Part shown: piece after piece, positions 13,125 through 25,500 of the stretch | Layout of the letters: each line of letters opens with the position of its first letter | How positions within the stretch are numbered: the stretch's first letter is position 1 | NCBI GenBank assembly: GCA_013265495.1 | Contig: MU057503.1 | Span: forward strand, 434,001 to 498,000 | Source of the DNA: Vicugna vicugna | Taxonomy: Eukaryota | DNA: 64,000 nucleotides | Direction of reading: 5' to 3' | Made by a program: the position numbers and the translations under genes | Notes under the pieces: generated by a model | What the model was told of the DNA's origin: nothing | The model's input: the letters and a program-made list of their open reading frames with translations, nothing else | Database searches by the model: none

Positions 13125-14780
13125 GCTTCTGGAATGGCAGAATAAAACCCCCTGAAAAATTGCCAAAAATCACCTTTTTAAGAACTCTAGAAATTAAGCA
13201 AAGGATTACAACAATCCAAGGAGTGTTTATTCAAGAAAAACAGCTGAATCTTGGCAGGAACAAAGTGGCATTTTAAGGAGACCAATTTCCTTATGCTTTC
13301 TCCAGATAATGTTGTAGCCTTGAATACCAACAGCCTCGAAACTAAAGTATCTCTGAGATCCAGCAGACAAGCAGCCAGGGAAAAGGGCAGAATGCATCTG
13401 TGGCTCCCCAAAAAGCCCCAGCACCAGAGAACCGTCACTGTTTGACTCTCACTCTCTGGAAAGGCCCCATTCTCAGGGCTTGTTTTAACTTGACTAGCTC
13501 TGTGTGAACAACTCTCTCCCCAAGGTGTTAGTCAAAAACAATCAGCAACAAATATTTAACATCAGAGCTGTCTAAGGCAGTCATACCAGTTGAGAAGCTG
13601 ACCAAAAAATTGAAAAAGGGAAAAACTGGTGAAAATGTCCATAGAGGGCTTTGAAAAGCTACAGCACATCGCCGAAGACCTAGAGGTCTGTGCACGTGTG
13701 CAGGACAGTGTGCGTGCCCAGGAAGGACCTGGCTGACCTTGAGTCTCTGCAAAAGCATGAAGTAAAGGCTAAGGTAGAATTGTAAATTGCTTTCCGCAGC
13801 ACTGAAGATGTGTTCCACATCTGATGGAAAACATTAAGCTACATATCCAAGGGCTCAATGAACTCCAAGTAAGATAAACTCAAAGAGATCACAACCAGAC
13901 ACATCATAGTCAATCTCTGAAAAGCATCAAGAAAAAAAAATAACTCCTCACATACAAGGTAAGAGTAGTATCCCAGAAGAACCCATGGAAGCTAGAAGGT
14001 GGTGGGATGATATATTTAAAGTGTGGAAAGGGAAAAAACAAAACAAAAAACAACAAACCTGTCAGATAAGAATTCAATATCCAGCAAAACTGTTCTTCAG
14101 AAAATGAAGGAGATATTAAGACATTCCCAGATAAACTAAGAGACTCTGTCCCAAGCAGACATGTTTTACAAGAAATACTAAAAGGAATCCTTCAGACTAA
14201 AATGAAAGGCTACTAGATAGTAACTTGAATCCATAAGAAGAAATAAAGAATATATATGAGAATTATAAAAGACTGTATAGATTTACTTTTGCTTATAACC
14301 TTTTCATTCCATATAATTTATAAGACAACTGCATAAAACAATGATTACTAAACTTTTGAGAGGCTTATATTGTATAGAGATGTAATTTTTATGATAAATA
14401 ATAGCACAAAGAGGAAATGAATGGAAGTATTTATTGAAGCAAAGTTTTTGTATACTATTGAAATTAATTTTGTATTAATCCATACTAGATTGCTTTAAGT
14501 TAAGATGATAATTGTAATCTCAAGGGAAACCACTAAGAAAATAACTTAAAAAATATAGTAAAGAAACAAAGGAGTTAAAATGGAGTACTAGAAATTAAAA
14601 GAAGACAGTAATGGAAGGATAGGGAAACAAAAAAGACGTAAGACACACAGAAAACAAATAATAAAAGGGCAAAACTTAAGTCCTACATTATCAATAGTTA
14701 CATTAAATGTATACTATTTCTATCAAAAGGTGGAGATTGCCAGAATGAATTTAAAAATATTATCTAACTATATTCTCTTT
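13125..14780 (+). mobile_element. Ancient L1M-type fragment (5' region, ORF1 remnant, inter-ORF region, start of ORF2)
   Basis: Motifs such as ccagcaaaactgttcttcagaaaatgaaggagatattaagacattcccaga and atcaatagttacattaaatgt resemble old L1M ORF1/ORF2-start sequence; A-rich plus strand. Confidence 0.8.
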
Positions 14781-17154
14781 ATAAGTAGGCCCTCTGATCA
14801 TAATGGAATGAAATTATTTCCTCATCTATAAAATATGATACCTGAGAAGGGGATAAAAACTCAGATCTTAAGCACTCAGCAAAAGGCCTAGTAAATATAT
14901 AATACTTAATAAGAACATAATACATGTATGTTTTTCTTTGCATCATGGCTGGAGTGTGGTAAGTGATAGGTAAACATCCTCCTTGGAAATTAAAAAAAAT
15001 TAACTGCTTTGAATTGGTGGCAGAATGTAACTGATGGTGTCTTAGTACTGAGAAAACACAGTATCGCAGCCCTGGTGCGTCCACCACATCGTGGCTAAAA
15101 GCTGAACTAAAAGACTATCTTAGCAATAAAAACCTGACAAATTTATAAATTATTCTGTTTGTAACTCAAAACAAGGTAAATGATTACTGATCTGTTTTTT
15201 CTTAATGATAAGCCATTAGTGTATATTAATGTCTGACTTTTTCATTCATTTCACACCAGAGAGGCAAGATCAGGCCATATTTTCATGAGTTAATTCTTCC
15301 GATCAAGATACTAAGCTTGACTTTTTACCATTTTAGAACAGATCCTAGCTCAGATTGTCTACGACTACTGGTGTTCAACAAAGCAGATTTGAGCAACAGA
15401 GTCGAAATGGCCTCTAAAATATTTACTGCCTGGCTCTTTACAGAAAAGGCTTGCTGAACCCTAACCTAAGAATTAAATAATCCTTGGGTGGACCTGGTAG
15501 GTAATATTCCAGGAAAGACATTGAAAAACCACAGTCACCCTTTTATTTCCAAATATGCATTAACTTTCTTCAACATGGCCAGTCTTGTTTTTGTCTGTAT
15601 GCTGTCAGTTCCTCCCCCCCACTTAATGTTTGAAGCAATTCCTAGGTGTCTGTAGATGATGTTGTAGTGTACATTTGAGTCTATTTGCATTGTATTTTAA
15701 GGCATATACTACTACTAAGGATAACACTTATATTTTTCCTAAGTGTGAAAACAACTGAACTGTTAATTTTCCTTCAGGTTCTATTATGCAACTGGTAGGC
15801 TGGCCACATGTCCCCTGACTTAACACCCAGAGTTTCTAGGAATCAGAAATTTCATTTTTTCACCTAGGACAGTGAGAGTAGAAATTTCACAGTTCTCCAG
15901 AATGTCCTCCCAACTTTTTTCCTCACTGACCAAACTCAAAAGGGAGGTGATGTCTAATTCAGAACTCTTAAGACTGCTATTTTCAGGTTCCACAGTTCCT
16001 TAGTCAGTGATGACTGGTTACTAATATACTAGTAATGCTTAAAGCACGTGAAATGACTCGATCTGGGACATCTTCTTGCTGCGACTTCACTTTTCTTCCA
16101 TCCTTACGTCAACAATTTCCCCACTCCCACCTCACAACAGTGCCTTCTGAAGGGGCTTATCTACTTTTACTTTTTTTGTGACTAGATTTGTAAATTAAAA
16201 TTTAAAAAGAGGGTAAAAGAGAAAGCTCATATTTGTATGCCCCTTTCAGAGGACAGGGCACCTATCTATCTCTGCCACCAACTCAAAGCAGCTAAAATTT
16301 TTTCTTTTTAATTTCTAAGAAGGATGTTAACCCATCATTTATCACACTGAGCTATCCTCCAGGTCTGCATTCAGACCTTCCAAAGACCTGTCCTTGGTCC
16401 CCTTGGACCAGCAAACTGATCAGACCCAGTCCTTGCAGGGCAGTCAAGGTGCACCCTGTCTCCATCATGTGCTCAGTCACAATCTGAATCTCTTGCAGGC
16501 AGCCTAAGTGGAATCAGTAAAGCAAAGGAGGTTAGCTGGTCGGCAAACCTCATCAGAACTGAGACATGAGGCCAAAAATGTAGAGAGAGAGACACTCAGA
16601 GAGCAGCATTCTTCTTGAGCATAGTGATAGAAAAGCAATTAAAAAGGCAGACTCATTGCTGGGATATATAATGTGCTCTTTGGCCTGTCATTTAATTGAA
16701 AGAAAAAAAAAACTGGGATGGCAACAAGTCTGAAGTATTTTGTAGATTGGGATTTTTAAATGAAGATGAGAATTTTAAAACTTCTCATACTCACAATTTA
16801 AAAATTGTGTTTTCCCTCTGATGTAAGCTGACATTCTTAAGCAACAGTCTTGGGAGCCAAAGATCACCTGACTCTCCCAAGGGTCAGACATGGTACATGG
16901 GATGGTCTTATAAGTGAGGGGTCAAAGACCTTTATTTTCCCCTTCTAGGCTCGTAGCACCAGTCATAATTTTCCTGGCTTACTAATGATCATTATAAGCT
17001 GCAAGAAGCAACAGCATAGGCATGGAGAATTCTTGCTAAGATACCATCACAGCCATCAGCGCCTCCGCCTTATTGCTGTAAGTTGGTTTTCCCATTTCAT
17101 TCATTCTACCAGATTCCAAAAGGAGGATTATTCTCCAAGTTAAAAATGTACTTT

Positions 17155-17294
17155 CCTTTTTTGGGGGGGGGCAGGGGCCAGAGGTAATTAGGTTTATTTT
17201 TTTAATTTATTTTTAGAGGAGGCACTAGGGGTTGAGCCCATGATCTCATGCATGCTAAGCATGCCCTCTACCACTTGAGCTATACCCTCCCCCC
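17155..17294 (-). mobile_element. Camelid tRNA-derived SINE (Vic-1 type)
   Basis: Minus strand GGGGAGGGTATAGCTCAAGTGGTAGAGGGCATGCTTAGCATGCATGAGATCATGGGCTCAACCCCTAGTGCCTCC...AAACCTAATTACC: tRNA-like A/B boxes. TSD aaatgtacttt at 17144-17154 and 17297-17307. Confidence 0.88.
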
Positions 17295-17379
17295 ATAAAT
17301 GTACTTTGTTAATGCCATTTTCTTCTTTTTTTAATTTATATTTTTAACCACTTTACCTAAATCCCCCAGACCCAGGTTG

Positions 17380-17900
17380 TTTGTATCTTGTTTTAGTTAT
17401 CTATTGCTGTATTAAAAATCGTAGTGGCTCAAAACCAAATCCATTTTATTTGCTTGTGTTTCTGTGGGTCAGGAATTCGGACTTAGTGTGGATGGTTCCT
17501 CTCTGCTCTGTGACCTCAACTGGAATGGCCTGAACAGCTGAGAGCTGGCTGGGCCTCTCTCTTCTTAGGCTATCACCTAGAGTCTTGAGGGGTTTGAGGA
17601 TCAAAGATGGCCTCACTCCCAATTCCCAGGCACTTAGGTTCTCTCCCTGGTAGTCTCATCACCCAGAATCTAGTCTGACATTTTCAGGGTGGCTGGATTC
17701 CAAGAGTGAAAGCAGGTGCTACAGACCTCTAGAGACCCAGGCTTGAAATTCTCAGGATGTCATCCCTGCCTTCTGTTAATTAACACAGTCACAGGCCAGA
17801 CCAATTCAAGGGATGGGGAAACAAATACCACCTCTTGGTGAGAAAAGGAGCATTTTCAGACATAGAAGGCATAGTTGGCAGCCGTCTTTGGAGACATTCT
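17380..17900 (-). mobile_element. MaLR LTR (MLT1-type, antisense)
   Basis: tagttatctattgctgta...tagtggctcaaaac...ttctgtgggtcaggaattc...agtcacaggccagaccaattcaagggatggggaa...ccacctcttggtg. Confidence 0.75.
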
Positions 17901-18451
17901 CCCACAGCTCTCAAGCGGTAATCCGAAATGCTAAGCAGTACTCAGAGAATGCTAGACGACTCCTCCACCTTCCACAGGGACAAAGTGTCTCAGTCTAAGG
18001 GTATCTAATCCAAAGACTCTTCTCATGAGTTTCCACCGTTGAGTGGGGGAGGAGGAGGTGTCATCAGCATTAGGGTGAAAGGGCAGGTGAAATGGGGAGA
18101 TGTCACAATAAAATCATTCTAATAGGAATGTGTTCTGTCTAGTCTGCGCTTCTGAACTAAGCTTCAGATATGCTTTAGCTTTCTTTTGTGAATCAATACT
18201 TTGATTATTTTTTAACATTTTGTTGATATATTCTACATTACTTTAACTTACTGGACTCTAGAACTAAGCAGAATTAACAGGTGGGATAAGACTTAAAAAA
18301 ATGCTAAGGTCACTTTTCTCTGTAAGATGGTACATTTTACTAGTACTTGGTAATTACTTAAAGTGCTTAAGCAACTAAGGAGGGTCTTGAGTCTTACTGT
18401 CTTCAGCTAGAATATTAGTCACTACCCCTCTCACTTAAGAATACCTCTTGG

Positions 18452-19552
18452 GATAAAGGGGTTAATTCAACAAGAAGATAGAACATTTGTAAATATTTAT
18501 GCACCCAATATACGAGTACCTAAATATGCAAAGCGAATATTAACATACCTACTGGGAGAAATAGACAGCAATTCAATAATAGTAGGGGACTTTAACACCC
18601 CACTTAAATCAATGGATAGATGACTCCGATATAGGTCAATAAAGAAACACTGGCCTTCATGGCACATGGACCAGAGGGACTTACTTATCAGACATATACA
18701 AAACATCCCACCCAAAGGCAACAGAACATACATTCTTTTCAAGTGCGCATGGAACATTCTTGAGGATAGGTCATGTGTTAGGCCACAAAAGAAGTCTTAA
18801 ACTCAAGAAGATTGAGATCCTATCAGGCATATTTTCAGACAACAATGCTGTGAAAGTAACAATCACAAGAAGAAAGTTGGAAGATTCACAAATATGTGGC
18901 AATTAAACAACATACTACTGAAAAAAATCAATGGGTCGAGGAAGAAATCAAAAACACCGTGAGACAAATGAAAATGGAAATACAACATACCAAGACCTAC
19001 TGGATGCAGCAGAAGCAGTGATAAATGCATACCTCATGAAACAAGAACTTCTCAGCCTAACATTATAGCTCAAGGAGTTAGAAGAGAACAAAGCCCAAAG
19101 TTAGTAGAAAGAAGGAAATAACTAAGATCAGAGCAGAAATAAATAGACTATGAGAAGAAGTGGAAAAGAGTAATGAAACCAAGAGCTGATTCTCTGAAAG
19201 ACAAACAAAATTGACGAACGTTTAGTGAGATTCACTGAGAGAAAGAGCTGAAAGAAATGAAAAAGGAAACATTACAGCCATTGCCACAAAAAATACAAAG
19301 GATCATGAAGCTACCAGGAACAATTACATGCCAACAAATTGGACAGCCTAGAGGAAATGGATAAATTCCTAGAAACATACAGCCTTCCAAGACTGAATCA
19401 TGAGGAAATAGGAAATCCGACGAGACCGACTCCTACCTAGTAAGGAGACTGAATCAGTTAAAACCCACCCAAAACACGGAAGTCCAGGACTGGATGGCTT
19501 CCCTGGTGAATTCCAACCAACTTCCAAAGATGAATACTCCTCCTTCTCAAAC

Positions 19553-19597
<45 letters not shown>

Positions 19598-22258
19598 AAG
19601 AAACACTTCCAGACTCATTTTATGAGGCCAGAATTACCCTGATACCCAAACCAGACTAGGGTATTACAAGAAAAGAAAGTTATAGGCCATATTTATCACT
19701 GACACACATACATGCATATCCCTGATAGACAAAGATAAAAAAAATCCTCAATAAAATACTAGCAAACCGAATCTAACACTACATTAAGAGGGTCATACAT
19801 CATGATCAAGTTGCATTTCTTCCGGGGATGCAAGGATGTTTCAACATCCATCAAACAATGTGATAAACCACAGTTACAAAATGAAAGGTAAAAATTATAT
19901 GATCATCTCAGTAGATACAGAAAAAACATTTAACAAAATTCCAACATTCATTTATGATAAAAAATTCTCAGTAAAGTGGTTATAGAAGGAACCTACCTCA
20001 AAGTAATAAAGGCCTTATATAACAAGCCGTAACTAACCTCATACTCAATGGTGAAAAGCTGAAAGCTTTTCCTCTGAGACCGGGAACAACATGAGGCTGC
20101 TCACTCTCACCACTCCTACTCAACATAGTGTTGACAGTCACGGCCAGAGCAATCAGGCAAGAGGAAGAAACGCAAGGCATCCAAATGGGAAAGGAAGAAG
20201 TAAAACTGTTACTCTCTGTAAATGATACGGTAGTATAACCCCCCCAAACCCTAAAGTCCTTACGAAAACACTGTTAGAACTAATAAATGAATTCAGTAAA
20301 GTTGCACGATACAAAATTAGTATACTGAAATCTGCTGCATTTCTATGCACTAATAACAAGCTATCAGAAGGAGAAATTAAGGAAACAATCCCATTTACAG
20401 TTGCATCAAAAATAATAGAATTTCTAGGAGTAAATTTAACCAAGCAGGTGAAAGACCTGTGCACTGAAAACTAAGACACTGATGAAAGACACTAAGGACA
20501 CAAATAAACGGAAAGACAGGCTGTGCTTACGGATTAGAAGAATTAGTAGTACTAAAATGTCCATACTACCTAAAGCAAGCTACAGATTCAATGCACTCTC
20601 TATCAAAATTCCAATGACGTTTTTCACAGAAATAAAACAAATCCTAAGATTTGTATGGAACCACAAAACTGCTGCACATCTAAAGCAATATTGAGCGGGA
20701 AGAACAAAGCTGAAAGCATCATGTTCCCTGATTTCAAACTCTGTTACAAAGCTATAGTAATCAAGACAGCTTGGTATTGGCATGAAAACAGACACACAGA
20801 TCAGTGCAGCAGAACAAAGAGCTCAGAAATAAACTCATGCACCTAGTAAATTAACTGTTGTCATGACAACAAAGGAGCCAAAATGTACCATGGGGAAAGG
20901 ACACTCTCTTTAATAAGTGGTGCTGTGAAAACTGGACAGTCACATGCAGAAGAATTAAACTGGACCACTACTTACAATTAAACACTTGAGTGTAAGACCT
21001 AAAACCATTTAAGAATCCTAGAAGAAAATGTAGGTGGTAAGCTCCTTGACATTGATCTTAGCAAAGATTTTTTTCGATTGGATACCAAAGGCAAAAATAA
21101 ACAAGAGGGACTACATCAAAGTAGGAAGTTTCTGCACAGCAAAGGAAACCATCAGCAAAATGAAAAAGCAACCTAGTGAACGGGAGAAAATATCTGCAAA
21201 TCAAACACATGCATATGATTTGCAGATAAGTGGTTAATATCCAAAATACATAAAGAGCTCATACAACTCAAAAAATCCAATTAAAAAATGGGCAGAGGAT
21301 CTGAATAGACATTTTCCCGAAGAAGACATACAGGTGGCCAACAGGTACATTAAAAGATGCTCAACATAACCAGTCATCAGGGAAATGCAAACCAGAACCA
21401 AAAGATACCACCTCATACCCCTCAGAAGGGCTATTATGAAAAAGACAAGAAATGACAAGTGTTGGCAAGGATGTGGAGAAAAAGGAGCCCCTTCTGCAGT
21501 GTTGGTGGGGATATAATTTAGTGCAGCCACTAAGCAAAACAGTCTGTAGGTTCCTCAAAAAATTAAATAGGACTACTATATGATCCAGCAATTCCACTCC
21601 TGGGTATTTCTCCGAAGAAAATAAAAACACTAAAAAGTTATATGCACCCTCGTATTCATTGCAGTATTATTTACGGTAGTCAAGATACGGAAACAACCTA
21701 AATGTCCATCAAAGGATGAACAGATAAAGAGGCTGTGATGTGTATTCACATCATTCAGCCGAATGAAATCTTGCCATTTGTGACAACGTGGATGGACCTT
21801 GAAGGCACTATGCCAAGTCATGATGCTATGTTTTATGAAATAAGAGAAAGACAAATATGATACCACTTACATGTGGAATCTGAAAAAAAGTTAATTAAAA
21901 AAAAAAACCAAAACTATTTCATAAATACAGAGAACAGATTGGTGGTTGCTAGAGGCAGAGGGCGGGGAGTTGGTGAAATGGGTCCAGACCTCCAATTATA
22001 AGTAAGTCCTGGGGATGTAAAGTGTAGCATGGTGACTAATAATGCTGAGTGCATATTTTAACGTTGCTAAGAGAGTAAATTTTAAAAGTTCTCATCATAA
22101 GAGTAAGAAGTTTATAACTATGTATGGTGATGGATGTTTTCTAAACTTAATGTGGTGATCATTTCACAATATGTACAAATATCAAATGATTATGGTGTAT
22201 ACCTGAAACTAACATGATGTTGTATGTCAGTTATACCTCAATCAAAAAAAAATAATAA
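18452..22258 (+). mobile_element. 5'-truncated LINE-1 (degraded ORF2 endonuclease/RT region, 3' UTR, A-rich tail) with target-site duplication
   Basis: Recognisable ORF2 remnants ([42 protein letters not shown]). TSD aagaatacct(c/g)ttgg at 18437-18451 and 22259-22273; TT/AAGA endonuclease-type site. Confidence 0.93.
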
Positions 22259-22479
22259 AAGAATACCTGTTGGAACTAATTCTTGGGAGTAATATCCATG
22301 GTAGGTCTAGAAGCACTGGTGAAAAATACGGCCTTTACTGCTAGTTCCTGTGAAGATTTACAGTGCTGGCACCCACTCCCTTCTGACTTCCTTTTGAGTC
22401 TGTTCAGTTGATGACTCCCCCATGAGGCCATGACACTCATCTCATTCCATTACCTGATATGAAGAAACTTGTTAGTGCA

Positions 22480-22544
22480 TTAAAAGAAAAGACACAAAAA
22501 GTTTTGCTAAAGGCGTCCTATATACAGATATATAATATTTTATT
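22480..22544 (-). terminator. Distal polyadenylation signal AATAAA (22544-22539) plus downstream U/GU-rich element
   Basis: Plus-strand tttatt at 22539-22544. Minus strand then reads ...gcaaaactttttgtgtcttttctttta, a typical CstF-type element ~35-60 nt past the hexamer. Confidence 0.75.
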
Positions 22545-25500
22545 TTAAAATGGCATTGAGCATATGCATTTCCTTAGCTTTTTCCAGGGAACATTGCACC
22601 TAAGTTTCAAAACACACAAAATAGGTCCCCTTTACTAAACAGTATTCATTTTTGGGTTACAAAAGTCAGGGTTTCACAATCACAAATCATAAAGGTACAT
22701 GGTTCTGAAACCATTTTCAGGCAGATTCCTCTCATTCACTGTACGTAGGGTTGGTTTTTTGTTTTTTGTTTTTTTTTTGGAAACCCAGACCATGATACAT
22801 TCCTTGCAGATGATCTCCACTGTGGGCTTCCCTGGGTTTCCAGAAGAAACAAAGAAAATAGAGGCAAAATAGGAGTAAAAGAACCACTTCAAGACTCCCC
22901 AAACAAACACAAAATACAATGGAAGATTGGAAAGTGGAGGACACGAGATTCTCCTTCAAGTACATCACAGTAGAAAACAGCACGTTTACAGCCTCATTTG
23001 GTCACTGTCTACCTCGTCGCTACATAAACAAAACTTCGTCTAAGACACAGAGGAAAAATTAAAACTATTTACACAAATCACATCGTAGATTAGAAAGAGC
23101 AGTGCTCCCTGGACTGGCACTCAGATCTGACAAAGGGCCACCACAGTACTTACAGAAGAGGCAGGTGGGGCTGGCTGCTCATGTAGTGTCCTTTGAAAAC
23201 CCCCAGTGTACACACATAAGCCATGTCACCCACACAGTACGCTCAGTGGGGGGCTATGGTGTGCAGACCATGGCACGTCTCTGCAATTTTAAGTCCTCAA
23301 AAACCCAAGTTCCTGATGTAAGATTCTGTCTGGCAGCCGGACACTGTTTCACTCTTTTCTTAGATCTGCTAACTTAGGGTCAGCCTGGTGGTTTTTTGCA
23401 TAGACGACAACTCTCACTGCTTTCTCCAAGTGTCCCAGTAGCATGAACTTACCGAAAATAGAATCTCATAAAAGCTTAACATGTTCCCTCTGAAAACAGT
23501 GGAGCTGTTGGGTCACTTAAGGAAAGGTAAGAAGAGCCTCAGACTGTGGTAGGAAGAAAAATCACTGACCACTTGTGGCCTTGTGGATAAAGCTGACTAG
23601 CAGATGAGGAAGGGGGTTAGACCGGAGTTTTAAAGATGTGGGAGATTTTTTTCCAAGTATTTCCACATTAGTGCTCTTGGTAAACTGAAAACTCTGCCAA
23701 AAAGGCCAAATGTGGACGCTGGGACCCATCCCTGCCCACCAGGATCTACTGACAGCTGTGGTTCTTCCCAAGGAGTCAGTGTATACTTAGAAGAGTAAAA
23801 AGAACGAGCACAGCTGACTTCACACAGCCCCATGGAGGTAAACTGTTAGGGATTAAAGCACTAAACACCCCAGATTCCCCAAAGCTGCATACTGTGGGAA
23901 ACAACGGACTCCCACTTTGGGGGCTCTGTCCTGTTAGACAGCTGAGTACCTGGCCTCGCCTGACTTTCACTTCTCTGTTCCCTCCCTAAGAGCAGCAGGT
24001 GGGGAGGCGCACCCACAACAGGATCGCTGCCGATTTCAGGTGTGAGCAGAACAAGGCTTGGTGTATCACCCGGCCAAATGCCTCCGTGTGGATGGAGTGT
24101 CAGTTTGCTCTCTTTAGGGAAAAAGAGTGTCACCAGATATTCTGAAGACCAGGGGCCAGCCCAACAGAGGGATTTAGAACTGAGAGCGCCTTTCTTTAAA
24201 GAAGTGGCCACACATTCCACTCAGATGGCCATAGAGACTTGGCTAGGAATTCGGAAGCTTTTTATTTAGAGAAGACTCCCTCTGAGGCTGCCAGGGCAAG
24301 CAGATTTGGCTGTAAGTCAGACACATGAGATATCAGAACCACGTGTAAGTGTGTTGCCTTTTGACCTTACAAAAAAATGCTCCAAGGGCTGACCGTTATG
24401 TAGACAGTCACTGCTCTGGGATGGGACGACACGGGGCCCGGGTGGAAAGCAAGGCCAGAACCAGGGAAGCTCAGTTCGCAGAGCAGTATCAGTGCCGTGC
24501 AGCTCAGCCACAGGCAGGAACAAATCATTTTTTCCCACATGATTTACTCGCCTCATTTGTGGTTTCCCTCCCACCCCCCAGACAGAAACATGGCTTCAGC
24601 TTGCTGCTAAGGTCCTTCCACCCAAGGGGCTCATGAAAAGAATCCCTAGATGCCTTTCTAACTAAATCCAGTGGAACAAATGCTCAAGACTGTAGGATAA
24701 TAAGGGGGTTCCAGAGGTTTTCCTGAGACGTGCCTTGGCAGGAAATGAACTGAAGAATTTGAGTGGAGGGCTGTCATGACATGTACATGAAACGCACATC
24801 CAAACTGGCTCCTGAGCCTTGAGTAAAAAGAGAGGGGCTCAAGGTAGGGTCCAGGGAAAAGCCCAGGAGGGAAAAGAAACAAAAGGCCGTGGGGGCGTGG
24901 GGGAAGAGGTGCTTGTGAGGACAGCTTCCCAGGGAAGGCAGCTCAGAGTCCTCCATGGAAAACTTCCCCAAGTTTCTGCATTTGTACCTGATTTTGAGAG
25001 TCGAACAGCGCAGGAACAGGAAGTGGACCACACTGCTGTAGGATACCTGCATGTGTCCCCAGAGCATCACATTCTGCCAGAGAAGCAAATGGTTTACCAT
25101 AGACCCCTCCCAACAGAGATGTTGCCGGTAGCTAAGAGATACTGAAGGGGGAGGGGAGCTGTCAGATGAAGGTGACCCCTGACTAGGGAGCCATCCAGTT
25201 CTTCCCAGGCAGCATTTGGCAAACACTTGGGGGGTAAATGCCCACCATACTTCACCTGCCAGACCAGGCTTGGTTTCCACACTGTGAGGTGAATCCATTC
25301 CTAAGTAGGAAGGCTCCAGGCCATCCCTAAAAAACAGCTACATTCCAGGAACACAAATACAAGTGATTACCTCGCCCAGAGGAAAGGTGCCTTATCCTCG
25401 TCTCTGGGGGAGGGATTCACACAAACAGGAGAACTGGAACTAGCTTTCTAGCCTTTGGGGGGGGGTTCACAGCAATGACCTTTTTCTTTATTGGGTGGGA

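Noticed and set aside
17221..17294. tRNA-like sequence
   Set aside because: It is the head of a SINE with a tail and TSD; the cloverleaf is degenerate, so not a tRNA gene.
20482..21237. ORFs resembling reverse-transcriptase-family protein
   Set aside because: Frameshifted, stop-riddled remnants of L1 ORF2, not a functional gene.
1..22400. let-7i hairpin or MON2 exons, which I recall lying beyond the PPM1H 3' end in human
   Set aside because: I could not find TGAGGTAGTAGTTTGTGCTGTT or MON2-like coding sequence by eye; they probably lie left of this window.
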